The notes under the pieces are model-generated. The model ran no database searches, had not been told where the DNA came from, and was given only the letters and a program-made list of their open reading frames with translations. The translations under genes and the position numbers were made by a program. A stretch of 64,000 bases of DNA, taken from the NCBI GenBank assembly GCA_964410925.1, contig CAYPIW010000086.1, positions 17,605 through 81,604 on the forward strand. Reading direction: 5' to 3'. Below are positions 19,789 through 28,280 of the stretch, in pieces. Numbering within the stretch: the stretch's first letter is position 1; every line of letters begins with the position of its first letter. Origin of the DNA: an uncultured Desulfobacteraceae bacterium. Its GTDB lineage: Bacteria > Desulfobacterota > Desulfobacteria > Desulfobacterales > UBA11574.

Positions 19789-19868
19789 GAAAAGGGAGAG
19801 GGGGGCACAAGCGAAGCACAACCGCGATACAGGGGAGTCCTTGCTCGTACCTTGTTCCATGTTTTCCT

Positions 19869-20873
19869 TTATTTGATACCATCTTTATAGTAGCGTGACG
19901 GACCGTTCCAGATGTCCCAATTGCTTTCCTGAAAAATAGATTTGCAGCTACTAACGGTTTCACCTCTGCCTTGTTCTGTTTTTTCCTTTATATCTCGTGG
20001 ATTGGCTCCGACTTCCGCCCAGAAGAGATTTGCCCCGGCGATTGCGCCTAAAGTACAAGGCTCATGCGTACAGTTGCCCGTCACAGATTGTGGCATTCCC
20101 AGTCTGGTAACCGCGACGATTTGAGCCATACGCATCTCGTTGATTACCCCGCGTTTGGCTATCGCGGTTCCGGGTATGGGGATCCGTCTGGCTGCGCCGC
20201 TGTATGAGGGATTGAAGGAAGCCGTGAATTCTATCATCTCAGCCAGCTCTTCGTTCGTATGTTCCGGCCCCACGGGCTCGACGCAGGTGCCTACTTCAAG
20301 ACCGGCTTCCTTGAAGTTTTTGATACTCTGTTTTCTCTTTTCCACCGAAAGTCCGGTGTCTATTCCCTCGCGCAGCCGAACGGCGTGATACACGCCGGAA
20401 AAGCCCGCCTCCCTGAGCCGGATTGCATTCTTATGAGACTGGTCTCCGACGTTAGCGATCAATGTTGTTTCGGGCTTCAGGTTTTTTTTAACCTCCCTCG
20501 ACATTTCTATGAAGCGTTCAAACGGGTATCTGGCCGTTGACATCATGAATACGGCATTCGCGCCGTCATTTTCAAACTGGCGGGCATAGGCCACGGCCTG
20601 CTCCGGGGTCAACTCTGTCGTCGCGCTGAAGATACCATTGATCTCAGCGAAAGAGCAGAACAGACAGTTGCAAGCACACGGTGCGAGATTGACAGCGAAT
20701 TGAGCATGGACTTCGGCCTTGCCGCCTGACAGCTCTTTGGAAACACGGGTCGCCTCAGCCATGAGCAGATAATTTTCAGCAGAATCCGGCGCCCGGCTGA
20801 GCAGGTAGACAAGTTCTTCTCGTGACAGCACATCGCCCGCCCGAGACTTCTTTATCAGTTCGTCAATATGCAC
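19869..20873 (-). CDS. radical SAM protein, BioB/HydE-like
   Basis: 334 aa with the cluster motif CACNCLFCSF (CX3CX2C). The TIM-barrel-like remainder resembles biotin-synthase-family enzymes. Substrate unknown. Confidence 0.6.
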   Translation of the reverse strand: MHIDELIKKSRAGDVLSREELVYLLSRAPDSAENYLLMAEATRVSKELSGGKAEVHAQFAVNLAPCACNCLFCSFAEINGIFSATTELTPEQAVAYARQFENDGANAVFMMSTARYPFERFIEMSREVKKNLKPETTLIANVGDQSHKNAIRLREAGFSGVYHAVRLREGIDTGLSVEKRKQSIKNFKEAGLEVGTCVEPVGPEHTNEELAEMIEFTASFNPSYSGAARRIPIPGTAIAKRGVINEMRMAQIVAVTRLGMPQSVTGNCTHEPCTLGAIAGANLFWAEVGANPRDIKEKTEQGRGETVSSCKSIFQESNWDIWNGPSRYYKDGIK

Positions 20874-21369
20874 GATCTATGCCCTTTCTTTTTGTTTTTG
20901 TCGGACATGAAATGAAAGTAGATGGCCTAACCCGGTTAAGGGTGATTTTGGCTTTGAAAATACATCCCACAGCACAGAAGCGTATTGGATTATAAAGAGA
21001 TGAAAATAAAATTTGTTAGATTTTATTTTGCATATCACTAATTTTAACGGATCACAAATAATTCTTTCTTGAATTTCCGGAACTGCCGAAAAAAGGCGGG
21101 CGACTCCATGGCTCTTCGCTCATTGGTCAACCAGCGACTTTTAACAGAATATACACCACAAATTTGGAATCTTGTCTAAACCCGTTCGAACTAATCTGTT
21201 TGAAAAATCTCATTAAATTTTATGCAATATTCAGTTATGTACCGGGCAGTGTGGGTAGGGGGGAAGGGGGTTCAGGCGACGGCGGTTCGGGCGATGGGGA
21301 TGGCGCCGATATTATGTTGATTTTGGAATGAAGGTGAAAGTCTCTTTGAAACACCGACCGGCATATCTT

Positions 21370-22194
21370 CTAACCGATGACACTCCCGAAGTCGTTAGCG
21401 GTAGCCCCACCCAACGCCTGTGATTCTTTCCGTAACAAGTCCCCGATCGATCCAATCCCCTCCGGAAGCTTCAAACGAATTCGCTCCCTGATGTTTGGCG
21501 GAGCATAGTTCTCGCTCAATTTTTGCAGAAGTTTGTCCGTTTGGAGGAGGCGAATAGTATTTTCACGCCAGATGATCAGATCCTCTTGCAGCGTTTTCAA
21601 TGCCTTGGAAACCGTAGAAAGGCTCATGGCTTTCTTATCCCAGCATTCTACCAGCAGGTTCCGTTGGTTGATTTCTGCGCAGACATCTTGAACGGTATCG
21701 TACTCGGGGCGAAGGAGAAAGACCCGTCCAACTATGGAACTGTTTTTCCTATAAATATTCTTGATTGGTGCAGAAGAAGTAAAGCGGTTTTTTTCGCCGC
21801 CGCGGAACACGGCGAACATTTCCTGAACAACCACCACACCGTTTCCACACAGATCGATGCCACTGATCTTCTCACGCTCCAACTCCTGCAATTGCCGTTC
21901 ACTAAGAAACGGCACGAATAGCAGAGGCCGACAGCCCTTCGGAAGCGACGATGTTTTCAGCAGGTTGAGCCCATCCTGAAACGCCCTGGACGTGGAAAGC
22001 GATTTGCATTTTACAGCGAACTTTGCTACGCTCTCACCCCATGATGCCTCAACCAGTGCATCGAAACGCAGGTTTCCCCCTGCTTGTGGCCCGGCCTTCA
22101 ACAAACGAAAAGAGATCGGGGGCAGCAAAACCCTTCCCATTCGGAGCTGTTCGATCATCTCTCTTTCAGTTGGTATTTTCCTGATTCTTTCCAT
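21370..22194 (-). CDS. hypothetical protein (possible PD-(D/E)xK-like core plus C-terminal HTH)
   Basis: The start is moved to MERIRK (22194) because the first 50 codons of the track ORF overlap repeat copy A. Weak motifs only: FDALVEA...FAVKCK and MSLSTVSKALKTLQEDLII. Confidence 0.35.
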   Translation of the reverse strand: MERIRKIPTEREMIEQLRMGRVLLPPISFRLLKAGPQAGGNLRFDALVEASWGESVAKFAVKCKSLSTSRAFQDGLNLLKTSSLPKGCRPLLFVPFLSERQLQELEREKISGIDLCGNGVVVVQEMFAVFRGGEKNRFTSSAPIKNIYRKNSSIVGRVFLLRPEYDTVQDVCAEINQRNLLVECWDKKAMSLSTVSKALKTLQEDLIIWRENTIRLLQTDKLLQKLSENYAPPNIRERIRLKLPEGIGSIGDLLRKESQALGGATANDFGSVIG

Positions 22195-22273
22195 TTTCCT
22201 GTTTAAGAAAATAACGTCTTTTAGGAAAGTACGCCAGCAATTCTTATTATGGCAGCAGTGGGTAATTTGCCAA

Positions 22274-22430
22274 GCACCCCGATAAGTTACTGCCGATTCC
22301 ATAATACTCACAACCTTCCTTAAAAGGCTCATTTTTGGGGCCAAAAAGAGTGGTTTAAGACGATTTTAGGGCCTGTCTCAGGCTTGTTTTGCTGTTATTA
22401 TGGATGGTTACCGTGGTCCGACCCCGAGCG
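22274..22430 (+). repeat. inverted-repeat-bounded element, copy A
   Basis: It shares the core gtggtttaaga-gatttt-gggcctgt...gttattat...ggttaccgtggtccga-cccgagcg with copies at 27478, 28064 and 26626 (the last degenerate). The left end is ccccgataagtt...cataat. Confidence 0.75.
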
Positions 22431-22924
22431 TACCCCGAGCGTGCGCCTGAACGTGGCGATTCCGGCGGGGTCGCAGTCTCCCCGGGGCTTCATATATCCC
22501 CCGACTCACTTCCAGTAAAGAGATAGGGACGAATGTAGGATGGAGAAGGCCGCTGAAAGTTGCCGCCGTTTTGCTCTGGCGGTCCAGTGCCCTCATTCTC
22601 GCAGTTCCGAGCACTCCTTGCCATAGTGCTTGATGACTTATACCATTTAACCAGTGTGGTTTACATTAGATAGTCTCGATTTTTAGAAATTATTTAGAAT
22701 CCCATATATTGTGGTCTGCCTAAAATTTGAGAAATGCAGATACCTTATCGGAATTTTATCTCTGAAAATTTCTGTGATTTATTGAGACTATAGCACGAAA
22801 ACGGACCATTGAAAAGCGTGTGCTTTCTTACAATAACGACATTGTTCGCTACAAAAATTTATATTCAAATATCATAATTTTCAACTGTCAAATGAATTCT
22901 GTTTTTAACAATTAGTCTGATCTT

Positions 22925-23266
22925 CTATTCATCCCATGACCAGGCCACCTTAACAAATTCAATCTCATCATTATTTAACGCTCTATCCTTTCCTATCCCA
23001 TGCCATTTCTGAATACAACCCCAGCGACAAGCAGCCGGGGCATGCTGAGCAATGAAAACCGGGTGCCCTCTCATTGGGGTCTGTTCGCCATCATTTTTTG
23101 GATGCTGGGGAGCAATTCTTTTGGAAATGAAATCATGAGCGTGCTGTCTGATTGTATCAATACCTTTATTTTCAATATACTGTCGCTCTTTTTCTGCCAG
23201 TTTGAAACTTGATCTGAACTTTGATATTTTCGGCTCTTTCAGAATTTGAAATGTCCGGTATGTCAT
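22925..23266 (-). CDS. DUF4186-family protein
   Basis: 113 aa. The central block MRGHPVFIAQHAPAACRWGCIQKWH matches my recollection of the DUF4186 signature. Confidence 0.55.
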   Translation of the reverse strand: MTYRTFQILKEPKISKFRSSFKLAEKERQYIENKGIDTIRQHAHDFISKRIAPQHPKNDGEQTPMRGHPVFIAQHAPAACRWGCIQKWHGIGKDRALNNDEIEFVKVAWSWDE

Positions 23267-23458
23267 CTGCTGGTGTCCGGAAATTATTTTTCTCTTGAAT
23301 CTAAACCATACAGAATAGTCTTCAGAATCGGAATAGTTGCAGTCAACAGGAATTTGTGATATGAATTTTAAGCTAAGAGAAACAGTTTATTCAACAATTT
23401 TATTTACTGTAATATTATTTAAAATGATAAAAGCTGAAGTTGAGAAAGCGTAAAAATT

Positions 23459-24283
23459 ATGAGCCTGTTAACCGTAGATCAAGAGAAATGTGAGCGTGAC
23501 GGTATTTGTACTGAAGTTTGCCCTGCGGGAATCATCGAATTTAAAGACAAAGATGCTTTCCCCACCCTTGTCGATGGCGCAGATAGAATGTGTATCAGAT
23601 GCGGACATTGTGTTGCTGTTTGTCCGCACGGTGCCATGTCTCATATAACTATGAAACCAGAAGAGTGCCCACCGGTGAAAGAAGACTGGTTATTTGACCC
23701 GGAACAAGTCGAACATTTTTTACGCTATCGAAGGTCTATAAGAAACTACGAGAAAAAACAGGTTGAGCAAGAGGTTCTGACAAAATTAATTAATGCAGCA
23801 CGATTTGCCCCTTCCGGACACAACCGCCAACCTGTCAGATGGCTGGTTATATATAAAAGGGATGAGGTTCAACGAATGTCTGGATTCGTTATTGATTGGA
23901 TGCGATACTTAATTAAAGAAGATTCTCCACTCGTTTCTGCAATGAACCTGAATCGAGTCGTTGCTTTCTGGGAAGGCGGGAATGATCCCATATGCAGAAA
24001 TGCACCACATATTATCCTTACCTATGCTCATAAAGATGATGTAACAGCTCCGACCGCTTGCACTATTGCCTTAACATACTTGGAACTGGCTGCTCCGTCT
24101 TTTGACCTTGGGACATGTTGGGCCGGTTATTTTAATGCAGGAGCAACTTTCTGGCCGCCAATGCAAGAAGAACTGAGACTCCCTGAAGGAAATGTTAGCT
24201 TCGGATCAATGATGGTAGGATATCCGAAATTTAAATATCAAAGACTGCCGCTCAGAAATGATGCCAAGATAATGTGGCGCTAA
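23459..24283 (+). CDS. ferredoxin-domain/nitroreductase-family fusion protein
   Basis: Two 4Fe-4S motifs sit at the N-terminus (CERDGICTEVCP, CIRCGHCVAVCP). A nitroreductase-fold region follows (RRSIRNY, ARFAPSGHNRQP). Confidence 0.8.
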   Translation: MSLLTVDQEKCERDGICTEVCPAGIIEFKDKDAFPTLVDGADRMCIRCGHCVAVCPHGAMSHITMKPEECPPVKEDWLFDPEQVEHFLRYRRSIRNYEKKQVEQEVLTKLINAARFAPSGHNRQPVRWLVIYKRDEVQRMSGFVIDWMRYLIKEDSPLVSAMNLNRVVAFWEGGNDPICRNAPHIILTYAHKDDVTAPTACTIALTYLELAAPSFDLGTCWAGYFNAGATFWPPMQEELRLPEGNVSFGSMMVGYPKFKYQRLPLRNDAKIMWR

Positions 24284-24300
24284 ATCTAAACATGATTAAA

Positions 24301-24870
24301 CTACATCAAAAACACTCCATATTTCTTCATTTTTTTACTCATCTCTTTGGCATTTCCCACAAACTTATTTAATTCCGCCCAAAATCTCTTGGTGTGATTT
24401 TTTATCCGGGTATGAACGAGTTCGTGTAACAGGACATAATCAATCATTTCATCCGGCAACCTGACCAGCTTCATGTTGAGGCTAATATTATTTTCGGAAG
24501 AACAACTCCCCCATCTGGTCTTTTGGTTTCTCACGGACACCTTGTTATAGCGAAAACCGTGCTTCTCGGACAATTCACTAAGCCGGTTAACCAGTTTTTT
24601 TCTGGCTTTTGCTCTGTTGATTTCAGGCAGATACTTTGAAAAGGCTTCATGTTCCTTTTCCACGTCTTTCATTTTATCCAGATGTTTTTTTATCCAGTCC
24701 TTTTTGGATTGTGCAAATTGCCTGGCGTTATCAAATGATACTCTATAAGGAACGGCCACTCTTACGCCTTTAAATGGTTTTACAGAAATTCTAATATATT
24801 TTGACCGGTTACTGCGCTCAAACAAAACCTTACCAACACTATCAATTTCAATGAGTTTAGATTTCGTCAT
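24301..24870 (-). CDS. YgjP-like (DUF45/M48-type) zinc metallopeptidase
   Basis: 189 aa with RWGSCSSENNISLNMKLV and the HExxH motif LHELVHTRIKNHTKRFW. Confidence 0.75.
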   Translation of the reverse strand: MTKSKLIEIDSVGKVLFERSNRSKYIRISVKPFKGVRVAVPYRVSFDNARQFAQSKKDWIKKHLDKMKDVEKEHEAFSKYLPEINRAKARKKLVNRLSELSEKHGFRYNKVSVRNQKTRWGSCSSENNISLNMKLVRLPDEMIDYVLLHELVHTRIKNHTKRFWAELNKFVGNAKEMSKKMKKYGVFLM

Positions 24871-24898
24871 TTAACAACTCGCAACACATGGGTTTCCC

Positions 24899-25090
24899 TT
24901 ACCACTTTGGCCTTTTCCGTCTGTCTTTGTAAACAAGTTCCAATTTGTCCAATATAGCATCAGCCACAAACTCCTCAATCGGTATATTTCTTCCGGTACA
25001 AAAATTCTTTAATCTTTCAAGCAATCCTTCATACAGGTTAATGCTTAGCTTCTCAGCTTGGATTTTTTCAGGTGCCGGTTTCTTTTCCAT
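24899..25090 (-). CDS. small hypothetical protein (possible ribbon-helix-helix)
   Basis: 63 aa. The beta-alpha-alpha pattern is suggested by KLSINLYEGLLERLKNF...IEEFVADAILDKLE. It is tightly packed between YgjP and a small TM protein. Confidence 0.35.
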   Translation of the reverse strand: MEKKPAPEKIQAEKLSINLYEGLLERLKNFCTGRNIPIEEFVADAILDKLELVYKDRRKRPKW

Positions 25091-25253
25091 GGTAATCCTT
25101 TCTTTTGCCTAAAATGATAAAAGGCAGGGCAAACGGGCCGAACAAAATTCCCATGATAAACCAGAATTGTTTATTATACCCTTTCCGGCCAGCCAGATAA
25201 TAACACAGCACTCCGAAAAGCAATGAAATAAGAATAACGGCTGCAAGTTCCAT
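25068..25253 (-). CDS. small two-TM membrane protein
   Basis: 61 aa with two hydrophobic helices (AAVILISLLFGVLCYYLAG, FWFIMGILFGPFALPFIILG). It overlaps the downstream ORF. Confidence 0.4.
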   Translation of the reverse strand: MELAAVILISLLFGVLCYYLAGRKGYNKQFWFIMGILFGPFALPFIILGKRKDYHGKETGT

Positions 25254-25260
25254 TCAGTTA

Positions 25261-25959
25261 TCATTCAACCTTTTCAACATATTCCAGAATAGCCTTAAAT
25301 AACGAAGCACTGTGGCTTATTTGCTCATATGCTTCATCTCTGGTTAACAACCTTTTCTCATCTTCAATTTGATATCCTTTCTTGAGTGAAAGGTTGGCAA
25401 TTCTGGCGATCTTATTTGTCAGATCTTCTTCAGAATCTATTTTTATGGGGTAGATTTTGATCCTGTCCATATTATCCAGAACTTCATCGTTGATTATCCC
25501 ATCTGTGGTTTTATGGTACTTACGATTGTATGAATTGTATAAGGTGTTATGAAGCGGTTGGGAAAGATCACCGACATAATGGGTACAAAAGCCAAGATGA
25601 TATTCACCATACTTACCTTCATGTCTTGCTTTTAAATAATCCCGAACTGAGGCTATGATAGCACCATAAAGATGGCCGATTGGATCATTTGTTGTGTTAT
25701 ATTTTTTTACCTGCTGGAGAACCATTGCTGGAGTTACAACTGTTCCTCTCGGGTTATTCACATAATGATTCTGCTTTTCCAAATCCCCAGCCTTCAATTT
25801 AGACATGTCGGCACCGGTGGCATTGTACCATTTCTTATACCCCGTGGCTTTTGCTATGGCTATGTGGATTTCATCATGCCATGGATATGAGTTGTCAGAA
25901 AAACTGATTACAAAGAAAATTGAAAGAAGGGTAATGATGGGATACTTTATTGCTTTCAT
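25261..25959 (-). CDS. secreted S1/P1-nuclease / zinc phospholipase C superfamily protein
   Basis: Signal peptide followed by W-H (SYPWHDEIHIA). The S1/P1-type metal motif is HYVGDLSQPLHN. Confidence 0.55.
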   Translation of the reverse strand: MKAIKYPIITLLSIFFVISFSDNSYPWHDEIHIAIAKATGYKKWYNATGADMSKLKAGDLEKQNHYVNNPRGTVVTPAMVLQQVKKYNTTNDPIGHLYGAIIASVRDYLKARHEGKYGEYHLGFCTHYVGDLSQPLHNTLYNSYNRKYHKTTDGIINDEVLDNMDRIKIYPIKIDSEEDLTNKIARIANLSLKKGYQIEDEKRLLTRDEAYEQISHSASLFKAILEYVEKVE

Positions 25960-25967
25960 TTACTTTT

Positions 25968-26201
25968 CTATTTGTTTCCCTTGGTTCCCGAACAGGTGAA
26001 TGCCTTGGAAATCATTTTAATATAAGGCCCCTTATCTATACCAATGTATTTCCCACAAGAGCATTTTATTTTTCCATCTTTATTTAGCTGAGAATAAATT
26101 TTAATGATTCGATCTTTATGACATCTTAAAACTTCACCGGAGCCAACCTTGTCATATTTCCAGAGTTTCTTTTTACATGCAGCACATCTTATGACTAACA
26201 C
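25968..26201 (-). CDS. small zinc-ribbon protein
   Basis: 77 aa with Cys pairs CAAC...C-H and CSCG. It lies 9 nt from the downstream gene. Confidence 0.4.
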   Translation of the reverse strand: MLVIRCAACKKKLWKYDKVGSGEVLRCHKDRIIKIYSQLNKDGKIKCSCGKYIGIDKGPYIKMISKAFTCSGTKGNK

Positions 26202-26213
26202 AATGCCCTCAAA

Positions 26214-26642
26214 TTATTTGCGTTGCCCCCATTTGGATTTCAGTCTCAAATATTTCCTGGTAAGCTCAGGATCTCCCCAAATATTCAGCTTCTCTTTCCG
26301 GGCCTGCTTCTCGGCGGTTAGAAATTGAGCATCGTATTTTTCACTCTTGCCATACTTGATGTAATACGGTGATAACCCCTGCCTGACGAGATCTATGTTT
26401 AAATTTTTACCGTCTAAAAATACATAAGCCAGAAGCCTTCCATGATTTCCTCGTATTCTGCCCATTTCAAATCCAAGGTCAACATATTTGCCATATTCAT
26501 CGAGAAGTTTCTTTTGCGTAACCTTGGGGACAAGGCGGTAATAAATTTTTTCTATGCCATGCTGAAGGGTATAACCTTTTGTTATCTTAATATATAACGT
26601 CCATTGGAATATTGGTTGACGATGTGGATCAGACCACGCTAA
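26214..26642 (-). pseudogene. thermonuclease (SNase)-family remnant
   Basis: The last 83 aa match the SNase C-terminal core (HGRLLAYVFLDGKNLNIDLVRQGL...AEKQARKEKLNIWG). The frame stays open 59 codons further upstream with no ATG, GTG or TTG and no recognisable Ca/catalytic motif. It runs into repeat copy D. Confidence 0.5.
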
Positions 26643-26844
26643 CTATCTGATAATCTGTAAAAAAGCTCAAAAAATGGCCGTTTTTTGGTCTTCAGCATAT
26701 CATTTTGGATGGAAAATAACCGGCTTAAGAGATTTTAAAGATCGTCTAGTTTTATAAACAAAAGCAACCTTGTAATATTTCTTTATTCGCCTTTGCCAGA
26801 ATACCTTACAGGTTGTTGGAGTAAAACGGAAATCCCGCACAGCG
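26626..26844 (+). repeat. inverted-repeat-bounded element, copy D (degenerate)
   Basis: The left end ggatcagaccacgctaactatctgataat matches copies B and C. The interior (ggcttaagagattttaaag) and right end (ggttgttggag...cccgcacagcg) are diverged versions of the core. Confidence 0.55.
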
Positions 26845-27249
26845 GGGCTGCGGGGAGCTTCATCAAAACAACAAAACCCCACCTCTCTATGTGAGAAACG
26901 GGGTTCATGGTCTGCAACATATGTGTTCTCCCTTATCCTAAATAGTGCCTGAACGAAAACTGTCTTTTCCGCCAATATCTGCGCCTTGTGAAATGCGGAG
27001 CCTATTTCTCTGGGGTCAGACTCTAATTTTAATCCTCGAAATACTACCAGTATTCCTGTCTGCCCCGTAGGTCCGGCAGATCGTACTGGGATGGTTAAAA
27101 TTTTCGTCTTTCCCTACGGGCCGGAGGCTTGATCTTAACGAAAAACCCTGGTTTTCGTTCGGGCATTATAAGTTGAGGAAAAATTCGAACATTACGGGCA
27201 ATTTTACTCCTATGAAATATTATGTCAAGGAATTTAGGATATTAAGAAT

Positions 27250-27399
27250 GACGCCTTCGTAAAAAGTCCAATTTCTGCGTTGCGCTTCATTTCATGTTCA
27301 CTGCGGCGTACATCAGTACGCCTCATTCCACGAAATTCGCAACGCCTTTTTATCCAAAGAGATTTGTTCGGGGGAACTTGAACTTTTTACTTTGCCGTC
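27250..27399. repeat. nested palindromic (rod-like) element of unknown function
   Basis: The outer arms are gacgccttcgtaaaaagtcc / gaactttttactttgccgtc. The middle stem is gcgttgcg / cgcaacgc. The apical hairpin is ggcgtac-atca-gtacgcc. There is no ORF. Confidence 0.6.
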
Positions 27400-27477
27400 T
27401 CAATTTTAACTTTTTACAAGTTCATCAAGAATGATTGCTAAAGTTAACAAAACCAAATCATTTGTATCTATCCAATG

Positions 27478-27611
27478 GGAGCCGAATACGCTAACTGTCT
27501 GATAATTCATAAAAAGAGGTTGCGAAATGAAAGGATTAAGAAGATTTTAGGGCCTATTTTAAACTTCTATTGACAATATTATGGGTTGTTACCGCGACCC
27601 GATCCCAAGCG
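27478..27611 (+). repeat. inverted-repeat-bounded element, copy B
   Basis: Left end gggagccgaatacgctaactgtctgataattc, core ggattaagaagattttagggcct, right end attatgggttgttaccgcgacccgatcccaagcg. Confidence 0.75.
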
Positions 27612-27636
27612 TTTCTTCTTTTGATTTATTCATTTT

Positions 27637-27930
27637 TCAACGGCTGAATATGCTTTTTCCCTTGCAGATGTGTAAGCCACCTTTCAGCGCCCCTCCCTCT
27701 GTTCCTGGTTGTAAGGTAACTCGCCCTCCGGATTCAAATACAATATCTGTCTTCATCAATCTCCCTGAAACATAATCTGATGAAAAGCACAGGCATTCGT
27801 TCTCGAATTCAAGGCCCTGAACAAAATATTCAAGGTTCCATTCTTCGTCCGGAATAAAATGCATTTCGGAAATGCCCCGTGGTGCTGAATATGAAAATGA
27901 CATCAATGATAGGGCAAACAAGACCCCCAT
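27637..27930 (-). CDS. hypothetical protein (possibly 5'-truncated)
   Basis: 97 aa with no family recognised. The reading frame stays open 36 codons upstream of the ATG with protein-like sequence (ADPGRIKEITVNTYHRIIFQIKEEEPDLWA) but no start codon. Confidence 0.35.
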   Translation of the reverse strand: MGVLFALSLMSFSYSAPRGISEMHFIPDEEWNLEYFVQGLEFENECLCFSSDYVSGRLMKTDIVFESGGRVTLQPGTEGGALKGGLHICKGKSIFSR

Positions 27931-28063
27931 CGCCCATAAATCAGGTTCTTCCTCTTTTATCTGGAAAATAATTCTATGGTAGGTGTTGACGGTAATTTCT
28001 TTGATTCTACCCGGATCGGCACCCCGATTTTCGAATTCTTACCGGTATACGCTTTGCTCGAAT

Positions 28064-28259
28064 GGGGAGCAGACCACGATAAGTATATGATAATTCAAAA
28101 TAAATATCAAAAAAATAGACGTTCTAAGGATTTTTTTTGAAATACCGTTCATCTTAACAGGGTCTTTTTGGCGCCCAAAAAAGTGGTTTAAGAAGATTTT
28201 TGGCCCTGTGTGGGCTTTTTTTGTTATTATAGCTTGTTAACGTGGTCCGATTCCGAGCC
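28064..28259 (+). repeat. inverted-repeat-bounded element, copy C
   Basis: Left end ggggagcagaccacgataagtatatgataattc. Internal hairpin tttttgg-cgc-ccaaaaa. Core gtggtttaagaagatttttggccctgtgtgggcttttttt. Right end gttattatagcttgttaacgtggtccgattccgagcc. Confidence 0.8.
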
Positions 28260-28280
28260 ACCCGCTATAACGACACCCTC

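Noticed and set aside
22408-22614. 68-aa Arg-rich ORF.
   Set aside because: It starts in the right end of repeat copy A. Its composition is typical of a spurious frame in a GC-rich non-coding stretch.
22441-22660. Possible 5' end of a group II intron. GTGCGCC follows directly after the repeat end, preceded by a duplicated ccccgagcg. attC-targeting IIC introns are known.
   Set aside because: I could find no domain V-like hairpin, no reverse transcriptase ORF and no recognisable 3' end within the 480 bp available. GTGCG alone is insufficient evidence.
26700-26975. 91-aa ORF in the island.
   Set aside because: Most of it is built from the degenerate repeat copy D (26626-26844). The sequence looks non-protein-like.
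27250-27399. Retron msr/msd or 6S-like RNA as an explanation for the nested palindrome.
   Set aside because: There is no reverse transcriptase gene anywhere nearby. The genomic context (a decayed island, no conserved neighbours) does not fit 6S RNA. The identity is left open.
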